DNA from: Eledone cirrhosa
Taxonomy: Eukaryota
Reading direction: 5' to 3'
Length of the DNA: 64,000 bases
Assembly (NCBI GenBank): GCA_964016885.1
Contig: OZ024742.1
Span: 344,844,001 to 344,908,000 of the forward strand
The position numbers and the translations under genes were made by a program. Shown here one piece after another: positions 41,611-55,030 of the stretch. Below the pieces are notes generated by a model that was not told where the DNA came from, made no database searches, and worked only from the letters and a program-made list of their open reading frames with translations. Position 1 is the first letter of the stretch; each line of letters starts with the position of its first letter.

Positions 41611-44600
41611 AGTAGACTTCCAGGAAGTTAGGGTACCCTGGTATACTTGTTAATTATGTTAGTAGACTTTCAGGAAGGTAGGGAACCATGGTATACTTGT
41701 TAATACTGTTAGTAGACTTCCAGGAAGCTAGGGAACCCTGGTATACTTGTTAATACTGTTAGTAGATTTCCAGGAAGCTAGGGAACCCTGGTATACATGT
41801 TAATACTGTTAGTAGACTTCCAGGAAGCTAGGGAACCCTGGTATACTTGTTAATACTGTTAGTTGTCTTCCAGGAAGTTAGGGAACCCTGGTATACTTGT
41901 TAATACTGTTAGTAGACTTCCAGGAAGTTAGAGAACCCTGGTATACTTGTTAATATCGTTAGTAGAATTCCAGGAATCTTGGGAATCCTGGTATACTTGT
42001 TAATACTGTTAGTAGACTTCCAGGAAGTTAGGAAAACCTGGTATACTTGTTAATACTGTTAGTAGACTTCCAGGAAGGTAGGGAACCCTGGAATACTTGT
42101 TAATACTGTTAGTAGACTACCAGGAAGCTAGGGAACCCTGGTATACTTGTTAATACTGTTAGTAAACTTTCAGGAAGCTAGGGAACCCTGGTATACTTGT
42201 TAATACTGTTAGTAGACTTCCAGGAAGTTAGGGAACCCTCGTATACTTGTTAATACTGTTAGTAGATTTCCAGAAAGTTATGCAACCATGGTATACTTGT
42301 TAATATTGTTAGTAGACTTTCAGGAAGCTAGGGAACCCTGGTATACTTGTTAATACTGTTAGTAGACTTCCAGTAAGTTAGGAAAACCTGGTATACTTGT
42401 TAATACTGTTAGTAGACTTCCAGGAAGGTAGGTAACCCTGGTATACTTGTTAATACTGTTAGTTGTCTTCCAGGAAGTTAGGGAACCCTGGTATACTTGT
42501 TACTACTGTTAGTAGACTTCCAGGAAGATGGGGATCCCTGGTATACTTGTTAATATTGATAGTAGACTTCCAGGAAGTTAGGGAGCCCTGGTATACTTGT
42601 TAATATTGTTAGTAGACTTCCAGGAAGGTAGGAACCCTGGTATACATGTTAATACTGTTAGTAGACTTCCAGGAAGTTAGGGAACCCTGGTATACTTGTT
42701 AATACTGTTAGTAGATTTCCAGGAAGTTAGGGAACTATGGTATACTTGTTAATACTGTTAGTAGACTTTCAGGAAGCTAGGGAACCCTGGTATACTTGTT
42801 ACTACTGTTAGTAGACTTCCAGGAAGATGGGGATCCCTGGTATACTTGTTAATATTGATAGTAGACTTCCAGGAAGTTAGGGAGCCCTGGTATACTTGTT
42901 AATATTGTTAGTAGACTTCCAGGAAGCTAGGGAACCCTGGTATACATGTTAATACTGTTAGTAGACTTCCAGGAAGTTAGGGAACACGGGTAAACTTGTT
43001 AATACTGTTAGTAGACTTCCAGGAAGTTAGGGAACGCTGGTATATTTGTTAATACTGTTAGTAGATTTCCAGGAAGTTAGGGAACCATGGTATACTTGTT
43101 AATACTGTTAGTAGACTTCCAGGAAGTTCGGGAACCCTGGTATACTTCTCAATACTGTTAGTAGATTTCCAGAAAGTTAGGGAACCCTGGTATACTTGTT
43201 AATACTGATAGTAGAGTTTCAAGAAGTTAGGGAACCCTGGTATACTTGTTAATTCTGTTAGTAGACTTTCAGGAAGGTAGGGAACCCTGGTATACTTGTT
43301 AATACTGTTAGTAGACTTCCAGGAAGCTAGGAAACCCTGGTAAACTTGTTAATACTGTTAGTAGATTTCCAGGATGTTAGGGAACCCTGGTATACTTGTT
43401 AATACTGTTAGTAGACTTCCAGGAAGTTAGGGAAACCTGGTATACTTGTTAATACTGTTAGTAGAATTCCAGGAAGTTAGGGAACCCTGGTATACTTGTT
43501 AATACTGTTAGTAGATTTCCAGGAAGCTAGGGAACCCTTGTATACTTTTTAATACTGTTAGTAGACTTCCAGGAAGTTAGGGAACCCTGGTATACGTGTT
43601 AATACTGTTAGTATATCTCCAGGATGTTGGGGAGCCCTGGTATACTTGTTAATACTGTTACTAGACTTTCAGGAAGGTAGGGAACCCTGGTATACTTGTT
43701 AATACTGTTACTAGACTTTCAGGAAGGTAGGGAACCCTGGTATACTTGTTATTACTGTTAGTAGACTTTCAGGAAGTTAGGGAGCCCTGGTATACTTGTT
43801 AATACTGTTAGTAGACTTTCAGGAAGGTAGGGAACTATGGTATACTTGTTAATACTGTTAGTAGACTTCCAGGAAGCTGGGGAACCCTGGTATACTGGTT
43901 AATAATGTTAGTAGACTTCCAGGAAGTTAGGGAACCCTGGTATACTTGTTAATACTGTTAGTAGATTTCCAGAAAGTTAGGCAACCATGGTATACTTGTT
44001 AATATTGTTAGTAGACTTTCAGGAAGCTAGGGAACCTTGGTATACTTGTTAATACTGTTAGTAGACTTTCAGGAAGCTAGGGAACCCTGGTATACTTGTT
44101 AATACTGTTAGTAGACTTCCATGAAGGTAGGGAAACCTGGTATACTTGTTAATACTGTTAGTAGATCTCCAGGAAGTTGGGGAGCCCTGGTATACTTGTT
44201 AATACTGTTACTAGACTTTCAGGAAGTTAGGGAGCCCTGGTATACTTGTTAATACTGTTAGTAGACTTCCAGGAAGGTAGGGAACCATGGTATACTTGTT
44301 AATACTGTTAGTAGACTTCCAGGAAGCTGGGGAACCCTCGTATACTTGTTAATACTGTTAGTAGACTTCCAGGAAAGTAGGGACCCCTGGTATACTTGTT
44401 AATACTGTTTGTAGAGTTCCAGGAAGTAAGGGAACCCTGGCACACTTGTTAATACTGTTAGTAGAATTCCAGGAACCTTGGGAACCCTGGTATACTTGTT
44501 AATACTGTTAGTAGGTTTCCAGGCAGCTAGGGAACCCTGGTATACTGGTTAATAATGTTAGTAGACTTCCAGGAAGTTAGGGAACCCTGGTATACTTGTT

Positions 44601-45002
44601 AATACTGTTACTAGACTTTCAGGAAGGTAGGGAACCCTGGTATACTTGTTAATACCGTTAGTAGACTTTCAGGAAGTTAGGGAGCCCTGGTATACTTGTT
44701 AATACTGTTAGTAGACTTCGAGGAAGCTGGGGAACCCTGGTATACTTGTTAATACTGTTAGTAGACTTCCAGGAAGGTAGGGAACCCTGGTATACTTGTT
44801 AATAATTTTAGTAGACTTCCAGGAAGGTAGGGAACCCTGGTATACTTGTTAATACTGTTAGTAGACTTCCAGGAAGTTAGGGAACCCTGGTATACTTGTT
44901 AATACTGTTAGTAGAATTCCAGGAATGTTGGGAACCCTGGTATACTTGTTAATACTGTTAGTAGATTTCCAGGAAGCTAGGGAACCCTGGTATACTTGTT
45001 TA

Positions 45003-48000
45003 TACTGTTAGTAGACTTCCAGGAAGCTAGGGAACCCTGGTATACTTGTTAATACTGTTAGTAGACTTCCAGGAAGGTAGGGAAACCTGGTATACTTGTT
45101 AATACTGTTAGTAGATTTCCAGGAAGGTTCGGAACCCTGGTATACTTGTTAATACTCTTAGTAGACTTCCAGGAATCTAGGGAACCCTGGTATACTTGTT
45201 AATACTGTTAGTAGATTTCCAGGAAGTTAGGGAACCATGGTATACTTGTTAATATTGTTAGTAGACTTTCAGGAGGCTAGGGAAACATGGTATACTTGTT
45301 AAACTGTTAGTAGACTTCCAGGAAGATAGGGAACCCTGGTATACTTGTTAATACTGTTAGTAGACTTCCAGGAAGTTAGGGAACTATGGTATACTTGTTA
45401 ATAGTGTTAGTAGACTTCCAGGAAGTTGGGGAACCATGGTATACTTGTTAATACTGTTAGTAGACTTCCAGGAATTTGGGGAACCCTGGTATACTTGTTA
45501 ATACTGTTCGTAGACTTCCAGGAAGCTAGGGAAACCTGGTATACTTGTTAATACTGTTAGTAGAATTCCAGGAATCTTGGGAACCCTGGTATACTTGTTA
45601 ATACTGTTAGTAGATTTCCAGGAAGCTAGGGAACCCTGGTATACTTGTTAATACTGTTAGTAGACTTCCAGGAAGCTAGGGAACCCTGGTATACGTGTTA
45701 ATACTGTTAGTAAACTTTCAGGAAGCTAGGGAACCCTGGTATACTTGTTAATACTGTTAGTAGACTTCCAGGAAGGTAGGGAACCCTGGTATACTTGTTA
45801 ATACTGTTAGTAGACTTCCAGGAAGTTAGGGAACCCTGGTATACTTGTTAATTCTGTTAGTAGACTTCCAAGAAAGTAGGGACCCCTGGTATACTTGTTA
45901 ATACTGTTAGTAGAATTCCAGGAACCTTGGGAACCCTGGTATACTTGTTAATACTGTTAGTAGATTTCCAGGAAGCTAGGGAACCGTGGTATACTTGTTA
46001 ATACTGTTAGTAGACTTCCAGGAAGGTAGGGAACCCTGGTATACATGTTAATTCTGTTAGTAGACTTTCAGGAAGGTAGGGAACCATGGTATACTTGTTA
46101 ATACTGTTAGTAGACTTCCAGGAAGCTAGGAAACCCTGGTAAACTTGTTAATACTGTTAGTAGATTTCCAGGATCTTAGGGAACCCTGGTATACTTGTTA
46201 ATACTGTTAGTAGACTTCCAGGAAGTAAGGGAACCCTGGCATACTTGTTAATACTGTTAGTAGAATTCCAGGAACCTTGGGAACCCTGGTATACTTGTTA
46301 ATACTGTTAGTAGATTTCCAGGAAGCTAGGGAACCGTGGTATACTTGTTAATACTGTTAGTAGACTTCCAGGAAGGTAGGGAACCCTGGTATACTTGTTA
46401 ATACTGTTAGTAGACTTCCAGGAAGTTAGGGAACCCTGGTATACTTGTTAATACTGTTAGTAGACTTCCAGGAATCTAGGGAACCCTGGTATACTTGTTA
46501 ATACTGTTAGTAGATTTCCAGGAAGTTAGGGAACCATGGTATACTTGTTAATACTGTTAGTAGACTTTCAGGACGCTAGGGAAACATGGTATACTTGTTA
46601 AACTGTTAGTAGACTTCCAGGAAGATAAGGAACCCTGGTATACATGTTAATAATGTTAGTAGACTTCCAGGAAGTTAGAGAACTATGGTATACTTGTTAA
46701 TAGTGTTAGTAGAATTCCAGGAAGTTGGGGAACCATGGTATACTTGTTAATACTGTTAGTAGACTTCCAGGAATTTGGGGAAGCCTGGTATACTTGTTAA
46801 TACTGTTCGTAGACTTCCAGGAAGTTAGGGAACCCTGGTATACTTGTTAATACTGTTAGTAGAATTCCAGGAATCTTGGGAACCCTGGTATACTTGTTAA
46901 TACTGTTAGTCGATTTCCAGGAAGCTAGTGAACCCTGGTATACTTGTCAATACTGTTAGTAGACTTCCAGGAAGCTAGGGAACCCTGGTATACTTGTTAA
47001 TACTGTTAGTAAACTTTCAGGAAGCTAGGGAACCCTGGTATACTTGTTAATACTGTTAGTAGACTTCCAGGAAGGTAGGGAACACTGGTATACTTGTTAA
47101 TACTGTTAGTAGACTTCCAGGAAGGTAGGGAACCCTGGTATACTTGTTAATACTGTTAGTAGACTTCCAGGAAGGTAGGGAACACTGGTATACTTGTTAA
47201 TACTGTTAGTAGACTTCCAGGAAGTTAGGGAACCCTGGTATAATTGTTAATACTGTTAGTAGACTTCCAGGAAGCTGGGGAACCCTGGTATACTTGTTAA
47301 AACTGTTAGTAGACTTCCAAGAAAGTAGGGACCCCTGGTATACTTGTCAATACTGTTTGTAGAGTTCCAAGAAGTTAGGGAACCCTGGTATACTTGTTAA
47401 TTCTGTTAGTAGACTTTCAGGAAGGTAGGGAACCATGGTATACTTGTTAATACTGTTAGTAGACTTCCAGGAAGCTGGGAAACCATGGTAAACTTGTTAA
47501 TACTGTTAGTAGATTTCCAGGATGTTAGGGAACCCTGGTATACTTGTTAATACTGTTAGTAGACTTCCAGGAAGTAAGGGAACCCTGGCATACTTGTTAA
47601 TACTGTTAGGTAGAATTCCAGGAACCTTGGGAACCCTGGTATACTTGTTAATACTGTTAGTAGATTTCCAGGAAGCTAGGGAACCGTGGTATACTTGTTA
47701 ATACTGTTAGTAGATTTCCAGGAAGTTAGGGAACCATGGTATACTTGTTAATACTGTTAGTAGACTTTCAGGAGGCTAGGGAAACATGGTATACTTGTTA
47801 AACTGTTAGTAGACTTCCAGGAAGATAGGGAACCCTGGTATACTTGTTAATACTGTTAGTAGACTTCCAGGAAGTTAGGGAACTATGGTATACTTGTTAA
47901 TAGTGTTAGTAGACTTCCAGGAAGTTGGGGAACCATGGTATACTTGTTAATACTGTTAGTAGACTTCCAGGAATTTGGGGAACCCTGGTATACTTGTTAA

Positions 48001-50268
48001 TACTGTTCGTAGACTTCCAGGAAGCTAGGGAAACCTGGTATACTTGTTAATACTGTTAGTAGAATTCCAGGAATCTTGGGAACCCTGGTATACTTGTTAA
48101 TACTGTTAGTAGATTTCCAGGAAGCTAGGGAACCCTGGTATACTTGTTAATACTGTTAGTAGACTTCCAGGAAGCTAGGGAACTATGGTATACGTGTTAA
48201 TACTGTTAGTAAACTTTCAGGAAGCTAGGGAACCCTGGTATACTTGTTAATACTGTTAGTAGACTTCCAGGAAGGTAGGGAACCCTGGTATACTTGTTAA
48301 TACTGTTAGTAGACTTCCAGGAAGTTAGGGAACCCTGGTATACTTGTTAATTCTGTTAGTAGACTTCCAAGAAAGTAGGGACCCCTGGTATACTTGTTAA
48401 TACTGTTAGTAGAATTCCAGGAACCTTGGGAACCCTGGTATACTTGTTAATACTGTTAGTAGATTTCCAGGAAGCTAGGGAACCGTGGTATACTTGTTAA
48501 TACTGTTAGTAGACTTCCAGGAAGGTAGGGAACCCTGGTATACATGTTAATTCTGTTAGTAGACTTTCAGGAAGGTAGGGAACCATGGTATACTTGTTAA
48601 TACTGTTAGTAGACTTCCAGGAAGCTAGGAAACCCTGGTAAACTTGTTAATACTGTTAGTAGATTTCCAGGATCTTAGGGAACCCTGGTATACTTGTTAA
48701 TACTGTTAGTAGACTTCCAGGAAGTAAGGGAACCCTGGCATACTTGTTAATACTGTTAGTAGAATTCCAGGAACCTTGGGAACCCTGGTATACTTGTTAA
48801 TACTGTTAGTAGATTTCCAGGAAGCTAGGGAACCGTGGTATACTTGTTAATACTGTTAGTAGACTTCCAGGAAGGTAGGGAACCCTGGTATACTTGTTAA
48901 TACTGTTAGTAGACTTCCAGGAAGTTAGGGAACCCTGGTATACTTGTTAATACTGTTAGTAGACTTCCAGGAATCTAGGGAACCCTGGTATACTTGTTAA
49001 TACTGTTAGTAGATTTCCAGGAAGTTAGGGAACCATGGTATACTTGTTAATACTGTTAGTAGACTTTCAGGACGCTAGGGAAACATGGTATACTTGTTAA
49101 ACTGTTAGTAGACTTCCAGGAAGTTAAGGAACCCTGGTATACATGTTAATAATGTTAGTAGACTTCCAGGAAGTTAGAGAACTATGGTATACTTGTTAAT
49201 AGTGTTAGTAGAATTCCAGGAAGTTGGGGAACCATGGTATACTTGTTAATACTGTTAGTAGACTTCCAGGAATTTGGGGAACCCTGGTATACTTGTTAAT
49301 ACTGTTCGTAGACTTCCAGGAAGTTAGGGAACCCTGGTATACTTGTTAATACTGTTAGTAGAATTCCAGGAATCTTGGGAACCCTGGTATACTTGTTAAT
49401 ACTGTTAGTCGATTTCCAGGAAGCTAGTGAACCCTGGTATACTTGTCAATACTGTTAGTAGACTTCCAGGAAGCTAGGGAACCCTGGTATACTTGTTAAT
49501 ACTGTTAGTAAACTTTCAGGAAGCTAGGGAACCCTGGTATACTTGTTAATACTGTTAGTAGACTTCCAGGAAGGTAGGGAACACTGGTATACTTGTTAAT
49601 ACTGTTAGTAGACTTCCAGGAAGGTAGGGAACCCTGGTATACTTGTTAATACTGTTAGTAGACTTCCAGGAAGGTAGGGAACACTGGTATACTTGTTAAT
49701 ACTGTTAGTAGACTTCCAGGAAGTTAGGGAACCCTGGTATAATTGTTAATACTGTTAGTAGACTTCCAGGAAGCTGGGGAACCCTGGTATACTTGTTAAA
49801 ACTGTTAGTAGACTTCCAAGAAAGTAGGGACCCCTGGTATACTTGTCAATACTGTTTGTAGAGTTCCAAGAAGTTAGGGAACCCTGGTATACTTGTTAAT
49901 TCTGTTAGTAGACTTTCAGGAAGGTAGGGAACCATGGTATACATGTTAATACTGTTAGTAGACTTCCAGGAAGCTGGGAAACCCTGGTAAACTTGTTAAT
50001 ACTGTTAGTAGATTTCCAGGATGTTAGGGAACCCTGGTATACTTGTTAATACTGTTAGTAGACTTCCAGGAAGTAAGGGAACCCTGGCATACTTGTTAAT
50101 ACTGTTAGGTAGAATTCCAGGAACCTTGGGAACCCTGGTATACTTGTTAATACTGTTAGTAGATTTCCAGGAAGCTAGGGAACCGTGGTATACTTGTTAA
50201 TACTGTTAGTAGACTTCCAGGAAGCTAGGGAACCCTGGTATACTTGTTAATACTGTTAGTAGACTTCC
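45003..50268. repeat. Second instance of the 54-mer duplication, whose second unit lacks 4 monomers (50-mer, 2499 bp)
   Basis: TGTTAGGTAG is at 47604 and 50103 (offset 2499). The four monomers at about 13530-13730 have no counterpart at about 47710. Confidence 0.9.
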
Positions 50269-53200
50269 ATGAAGGTAGGGAACCCTGGTATACTTGTTAA
50301 TACTGTTAGTAGACTTTCAGGAAGGTAGGGAACCATAGTATACTTGTTAATACTGTTAGTAGACTTTCAGGAAGCTAGGGAACCCTGGTATACTTGTTAA
50401 TACTGTTAGTAGACTTCCAGGAAGTTAAGAAAACCTGGTATACTTGTTAATACTGTTAGTAGACTTCCAGGAAGGTAGGGAACCCTGGTATACTTGTTAA
50501 TACTGTTAGTTGACTTCCAGGAAGCTAGGGAACCCTGGTATACTTGTTAATACTGTTAGTAGACATCCAGGAAGTTAGGGAACCCTGGTATACTTGTTAA
50601 TACAGTTAGTAGACTTCCAGGAAGTTAGGAAACCCTGGTATACTTGTTAATTCTGTTAGTAGACTTTCAGGAAGGTAGGGAACCATGGTATACTTGTTAA
50701 TACTGTTAGTAGACATGCAGGAAGCTAAGGAACCCTGGTATACTTGTTAATACTGTTAGTAGACTTCCAGGAAGTTAGAGAACCCTGGTATACTTGTTAA
50801 TACTGTTATTAGAATTCCAGGAATCTTGGGAACCCTGGTATACTTGTTAATACTGTTAGTAGATTTCCAGGAAGCTAGGTAACCCTGGTATACTTGTTAA
50901 TACTGTTAGTAGACTTCCAGGAAGCTAGGGAACCCTGGTATACTTGTTAATACTGTTAGTAAACTTTCAGGAAGCTAGGGAACCCTGGTATACTTGTTAA
51001 TACTGTTAGTAGACTTCCAGGAAGGTAGGGAACCCTGGTATACTTGTTAATACTGTTAGTAGACTTCCAGGAAGGTAGGGAACCCTGGTATACTGGTTAA
51101 TACTTTTAGTAGACTTCCAGGAAGCTGGGGAAACCTGGTATACTTGTTAATACTGTTAGTAGACTTCCAGGAAGTTAGGGAACCCTCGTATACTTGTTAA
51201 TACTGTTAGTAGATTTCCAGAAAGTTATGCAACCATGGTATACTTGTTAATATTGTTAGTAGACTTTCAGGAAGCTAGAGAACCCTGGTATACTTGTTAA
51301 TACTGTTAGTAGACTTTCAGGAAGCTAGGGAACCCTGGTATACTTCTTAATACTGTTAGTAGACTTCCAGGAAAGTAGGGAACCCTGGTATACTTGTTAA
51401 TACTTTTAGTAGACTTCCAGGAAGGTAGGAACCCTGGTATACTTGTTAATACTGTTAGTAGATTTCCAGGAAGTTAGGGAACCCTGGTATACTTGTTAAT
51501 ACAGTTAGTAGAATTCCAGGAAGCTAGGGAACCCTGGTATACTTGTAAATACTGTTAGTAAACTTTCAGGAAGCTAGGGAACCCTGGTATACTTGTTAAT
51601 ACTGTTAGTAGACTTCCAGGAAGGTAGGGAACCCTGGTATACTTGTTAATACTGTTAGTAGACTTCCCGGGAGGTAGGGAACCCTGGTATACTTGTTAAT
51701 ACTGTTAGTAAACTTCCAGGAAGTTAGGGAACCCTGGTATACTTGTTAATACTGTTAGTAGACTTCCAGGAATCTAGGGAACCCTGGTATACTTGTTAAT
51801 ACTGTTAGTAGATTTCCAGGAAGTTAGGGAACCATGATATACTTGTTCATAATGTTAGTAGACTTTCAGGACGCTAGGGAAACATGGTATACTTATTAAA
51901 CTGTTAATAGACTTCCAGGAAGATAGGGAACCCTGGTATACTTGTTAATAATGTTAGTAGACTTCCAGGAAGTTAGGGAACTATGGTATACTTGTTAATA
52001 GTGTTAGTAGACTTCCAGGAAGTTGGGGAACCATAGCATACTTGTTAATACTGTTAGTAGACTTCCAGGAATTTGGGGAACCCTGGTATACTTGTTAATA
52101 CTGTTCGTAGACTTCCAGGAAGTTAGGGAACCCTGGTATACTTGTTAATACTGTTAGTAGAATTCCAGGAATCTTGGGAACCCTGGTATACTTGTTAATA
52201 CTGTTAGTAGATTTCCAGGAAGCTAGTGAACCCTGGTATACTTGTTAATACTGTTAGTTGACTTCCAGGAAGCTAGGGAACCCTGGTATACTTGTTAATA
52301 CTGTTAGTAAACTTTCAGGAAGCTAGGGAACCCTGGTATACTTGTTAATACTGTTAGTATACTTCCAGGAAGGTAGGGAACCCTGGTATACTTGTTAATA
52401 CTGTTAGTAGACTTCCAGGAAGGTAGGGAACCCTGGTATACTTGTTAATACTGTTAGTAGACATCCAGGAATCTAGGGAACCCTGGTATTCTTGTTAATA
52501 CTGTTAGTAGATTTCCAGGAAGTTAGGGAACCATGGTATACTTGTTAATACTGCTAGTTGACTTTCAGGACGCTAGGGAAACATGGTATACTTGTTAAAC
52601 TGTTAGTCAACTTCCAGGAAGATAGGGAACCATGGTATACTTGTTAATACTGTTAGTAGACTTCCATGAAGGTAGGGAACCCTGGTATACTTGTTAATAC
52701 TGTTAGTAGACTTTCAGGAAGGTAGGGAACCATAGTATACTTGTTAATACTGTTAGTAGACTTTCAGGAAGCTAGGGAACCCTGGTATACTTGTTAATAC
52801 TGTTAGTAGACTTCCAGGAAGTTAAGAAAACCTGGTATACTTGTTAATACTGTTAGTAGACTTCCAGGAAGGTAGGGAACCCTGGTATACTTGTTAATAC
52901 TGTTAGTTGACTTCCAGGAAGCTAGGGAACCCTGGTATACTTGTTAATACTGTTAGTAGACATCCAGGAAGTTAGGGAACCCTGGTATACTTGTTAATAC
53001 AGTTAGTAGACTTCCAGGAAGTTAGGAAACCCTGGTATACTTGTTAATTCTGTTAGTAGACTTTCAGGAAGGTAGGGAACCATGGTATACTTGTTAATAC
53101 TGTTAGTAGACATCCAGGAAGCTAAGGAACCCTGGTATACTTGTTAATACTGTTAGTAGACTTCCAGGAAGTTAGAGAACCCTGGTATACTTGTTAATAC

Positions 53201-55030
53201 TGTTATTAGAATTCCAGGAATCTTGGGAACCCTGGTATACTTGTTAATACTGTTAGTAGATTTCCAGGAAGCTAGGTAACCCTGGTATACTTGTTAATAC
53301 TGTTAGTAGACTTCCAGGAAGCTAGGGAACCCTGGTATACTTGTTAATACTGTTAGTAAACTTTCAGGAAGCTAGGGAACCCTGGTATACTTGTTAATAC
53401 TGTTACTAGACTTCCAGGAAGGTAGGGAACCCTGGTATACTTGTTAATACTGTTAGTAGACTTCCAGGAAGGTAGGGAACCCTGGTATACTGGTTAATAC
53501 TTTTAGTAGACTTCCAGGAAGCTGGGGAAACCTGGTATACTTGTTAATACTGTTAGTAGACTTCCAGGAAGTTAGGGAACCCTCGTATACTTGTTAATAC
53601 TGTTAGTAGATTTCCAGAAAGTTATGCAACCATGGTATACTTGTTAATATTGTTAGTAGACTTTCAGGAAGCTAGAGAACCCTGGTATACTTGTTAATAC
53701 TGTTAGTAGACTTTCAGGAAGCTAGGGAACCCTGGTATACTTCTTAATACTGTTAGTAGACTTCCAGGGAAGTAGGGAACCCTGGTATACTTGTTAATAC
53801 TTTTAGTAGACTTCCAGGAAGGTAGGAACCCTGGTATACTTGTTAATACTGTTAGTAGATTTCCAGGAAGTTAGGGAACCCTGGTATACTTGTTAATACA
53901 GTTAGTAGAATTCCAGGAAGCTAGGGAACCCTGGTATACTTGTAAATACTGTTAGTAAACTTTCAGGAAGCTAGGGAACCCTGGTATACTTGTTAATACT
54001 GTTAGTAGACTTCCAGGAAGGTAGGGAACCCTGGTATACTTGTTAATACTGTTAGTAGACTTCCCGGGAGGTAGGGAACCCTGGTATACTTGTTAATACT
54101 GTTAGTAAACTTCCAGGAAGTTAGGGAACCCTGGTATACTTGTTAATACTGTTAGTAGACTTCCAGGAATCTAGGGAACCCTGGTATACTTGTTAATACT
54201 GTTAGTAGATTTCCAGGAAGTTAGGGAACCATGATATACTTGTTCATAATGTTAGTAGACTTTCAGGACGCTAGGGAAACATGGTATACTTATTAAACTG
54301 TTAATAGACTTCCAGGAAGATAGGGAACCCTGGTATACTTGTTAATAATGTTAGTAGACTTCCAGGAAGTTAGGGAACTATGGTATACTTGTTAATAGTG
54401 TTAGTAGACTTCCAGGAAGTTGGGGAACCATAGTATACTTGTTAATACTGTTAGTAGACTTCCAGGAATTTGGGGAACCCTGGTATACTTGTTAATACTG
54501 TTCGTAGACTTCCAGGAAGTTAGGGAACCCTGGTATACTTGTTAATACTGTTAGTAGAATTCCAGGAATCTTGGGAACCCTGGTATACTTGTTAATACTG
54601 TTAGTAGATTTCCAGGAAGCTAGTGAACCCTGGTATACTTGTTAATACTGTTAGTTGACTTCCAGGAAGCTAGGGAACCCTGGTATACTTGTTAATACTG
54701 TTAGTAAACTTTCAGGAAGCTAGGGAACCCTGGTATACTTGTTAATACTGTTAGTAGACTTCCAGGAAGGTAGGGAACCCTGGTATACTTGTTAATACTG
54801 TTAGTAGACTTCCAGGAAGGTAGGGAACCCTGGTATACTTGTTAATACTGTTAGTAGACATCCAGGAATCTAGGGAACCCTGGTATTCTTGTTAATACTG
54901 TTAGTAGATTTCCAGGAAGTTAGGGAACCATGGTATACTTGTTAATACTGCTAGTTGACTTTCAGGACGCTAGGGAAACATGGTATACTTGTTAAACTGT
55001 TAGTCAACTTCCAGGAAGATAGGGAACCAT
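50255..55030. repeat. Two complete tandem copies of the 48-monomer unit (2397 bp)
   Basis: CCCGGG is at 51666 and 54063 (offset 2397). The end-of-unit variants CTGCTAGTTGACTTTCAGGACG and TAGTCAACTT occur in both copies (about 52550-52615 and 54948-55010). Confidence 0.9.

Larger units (their letters stand above)
2655..54370. repeat. Large direct duplication within the array: about 2655-20340 matches about 36940-54370 (offset 34.0-34.3 kb)
   Basis: Marker pairs are 2781/37065 and 5211/39495 (offset 34284), 7471/41655 and 7771/41955 (34184), 10258/44441 and 13421/47604 (34183), 16120/50103 (33983), 17633/51666 and 20030/54063 (34033). Confidence 0.92.
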
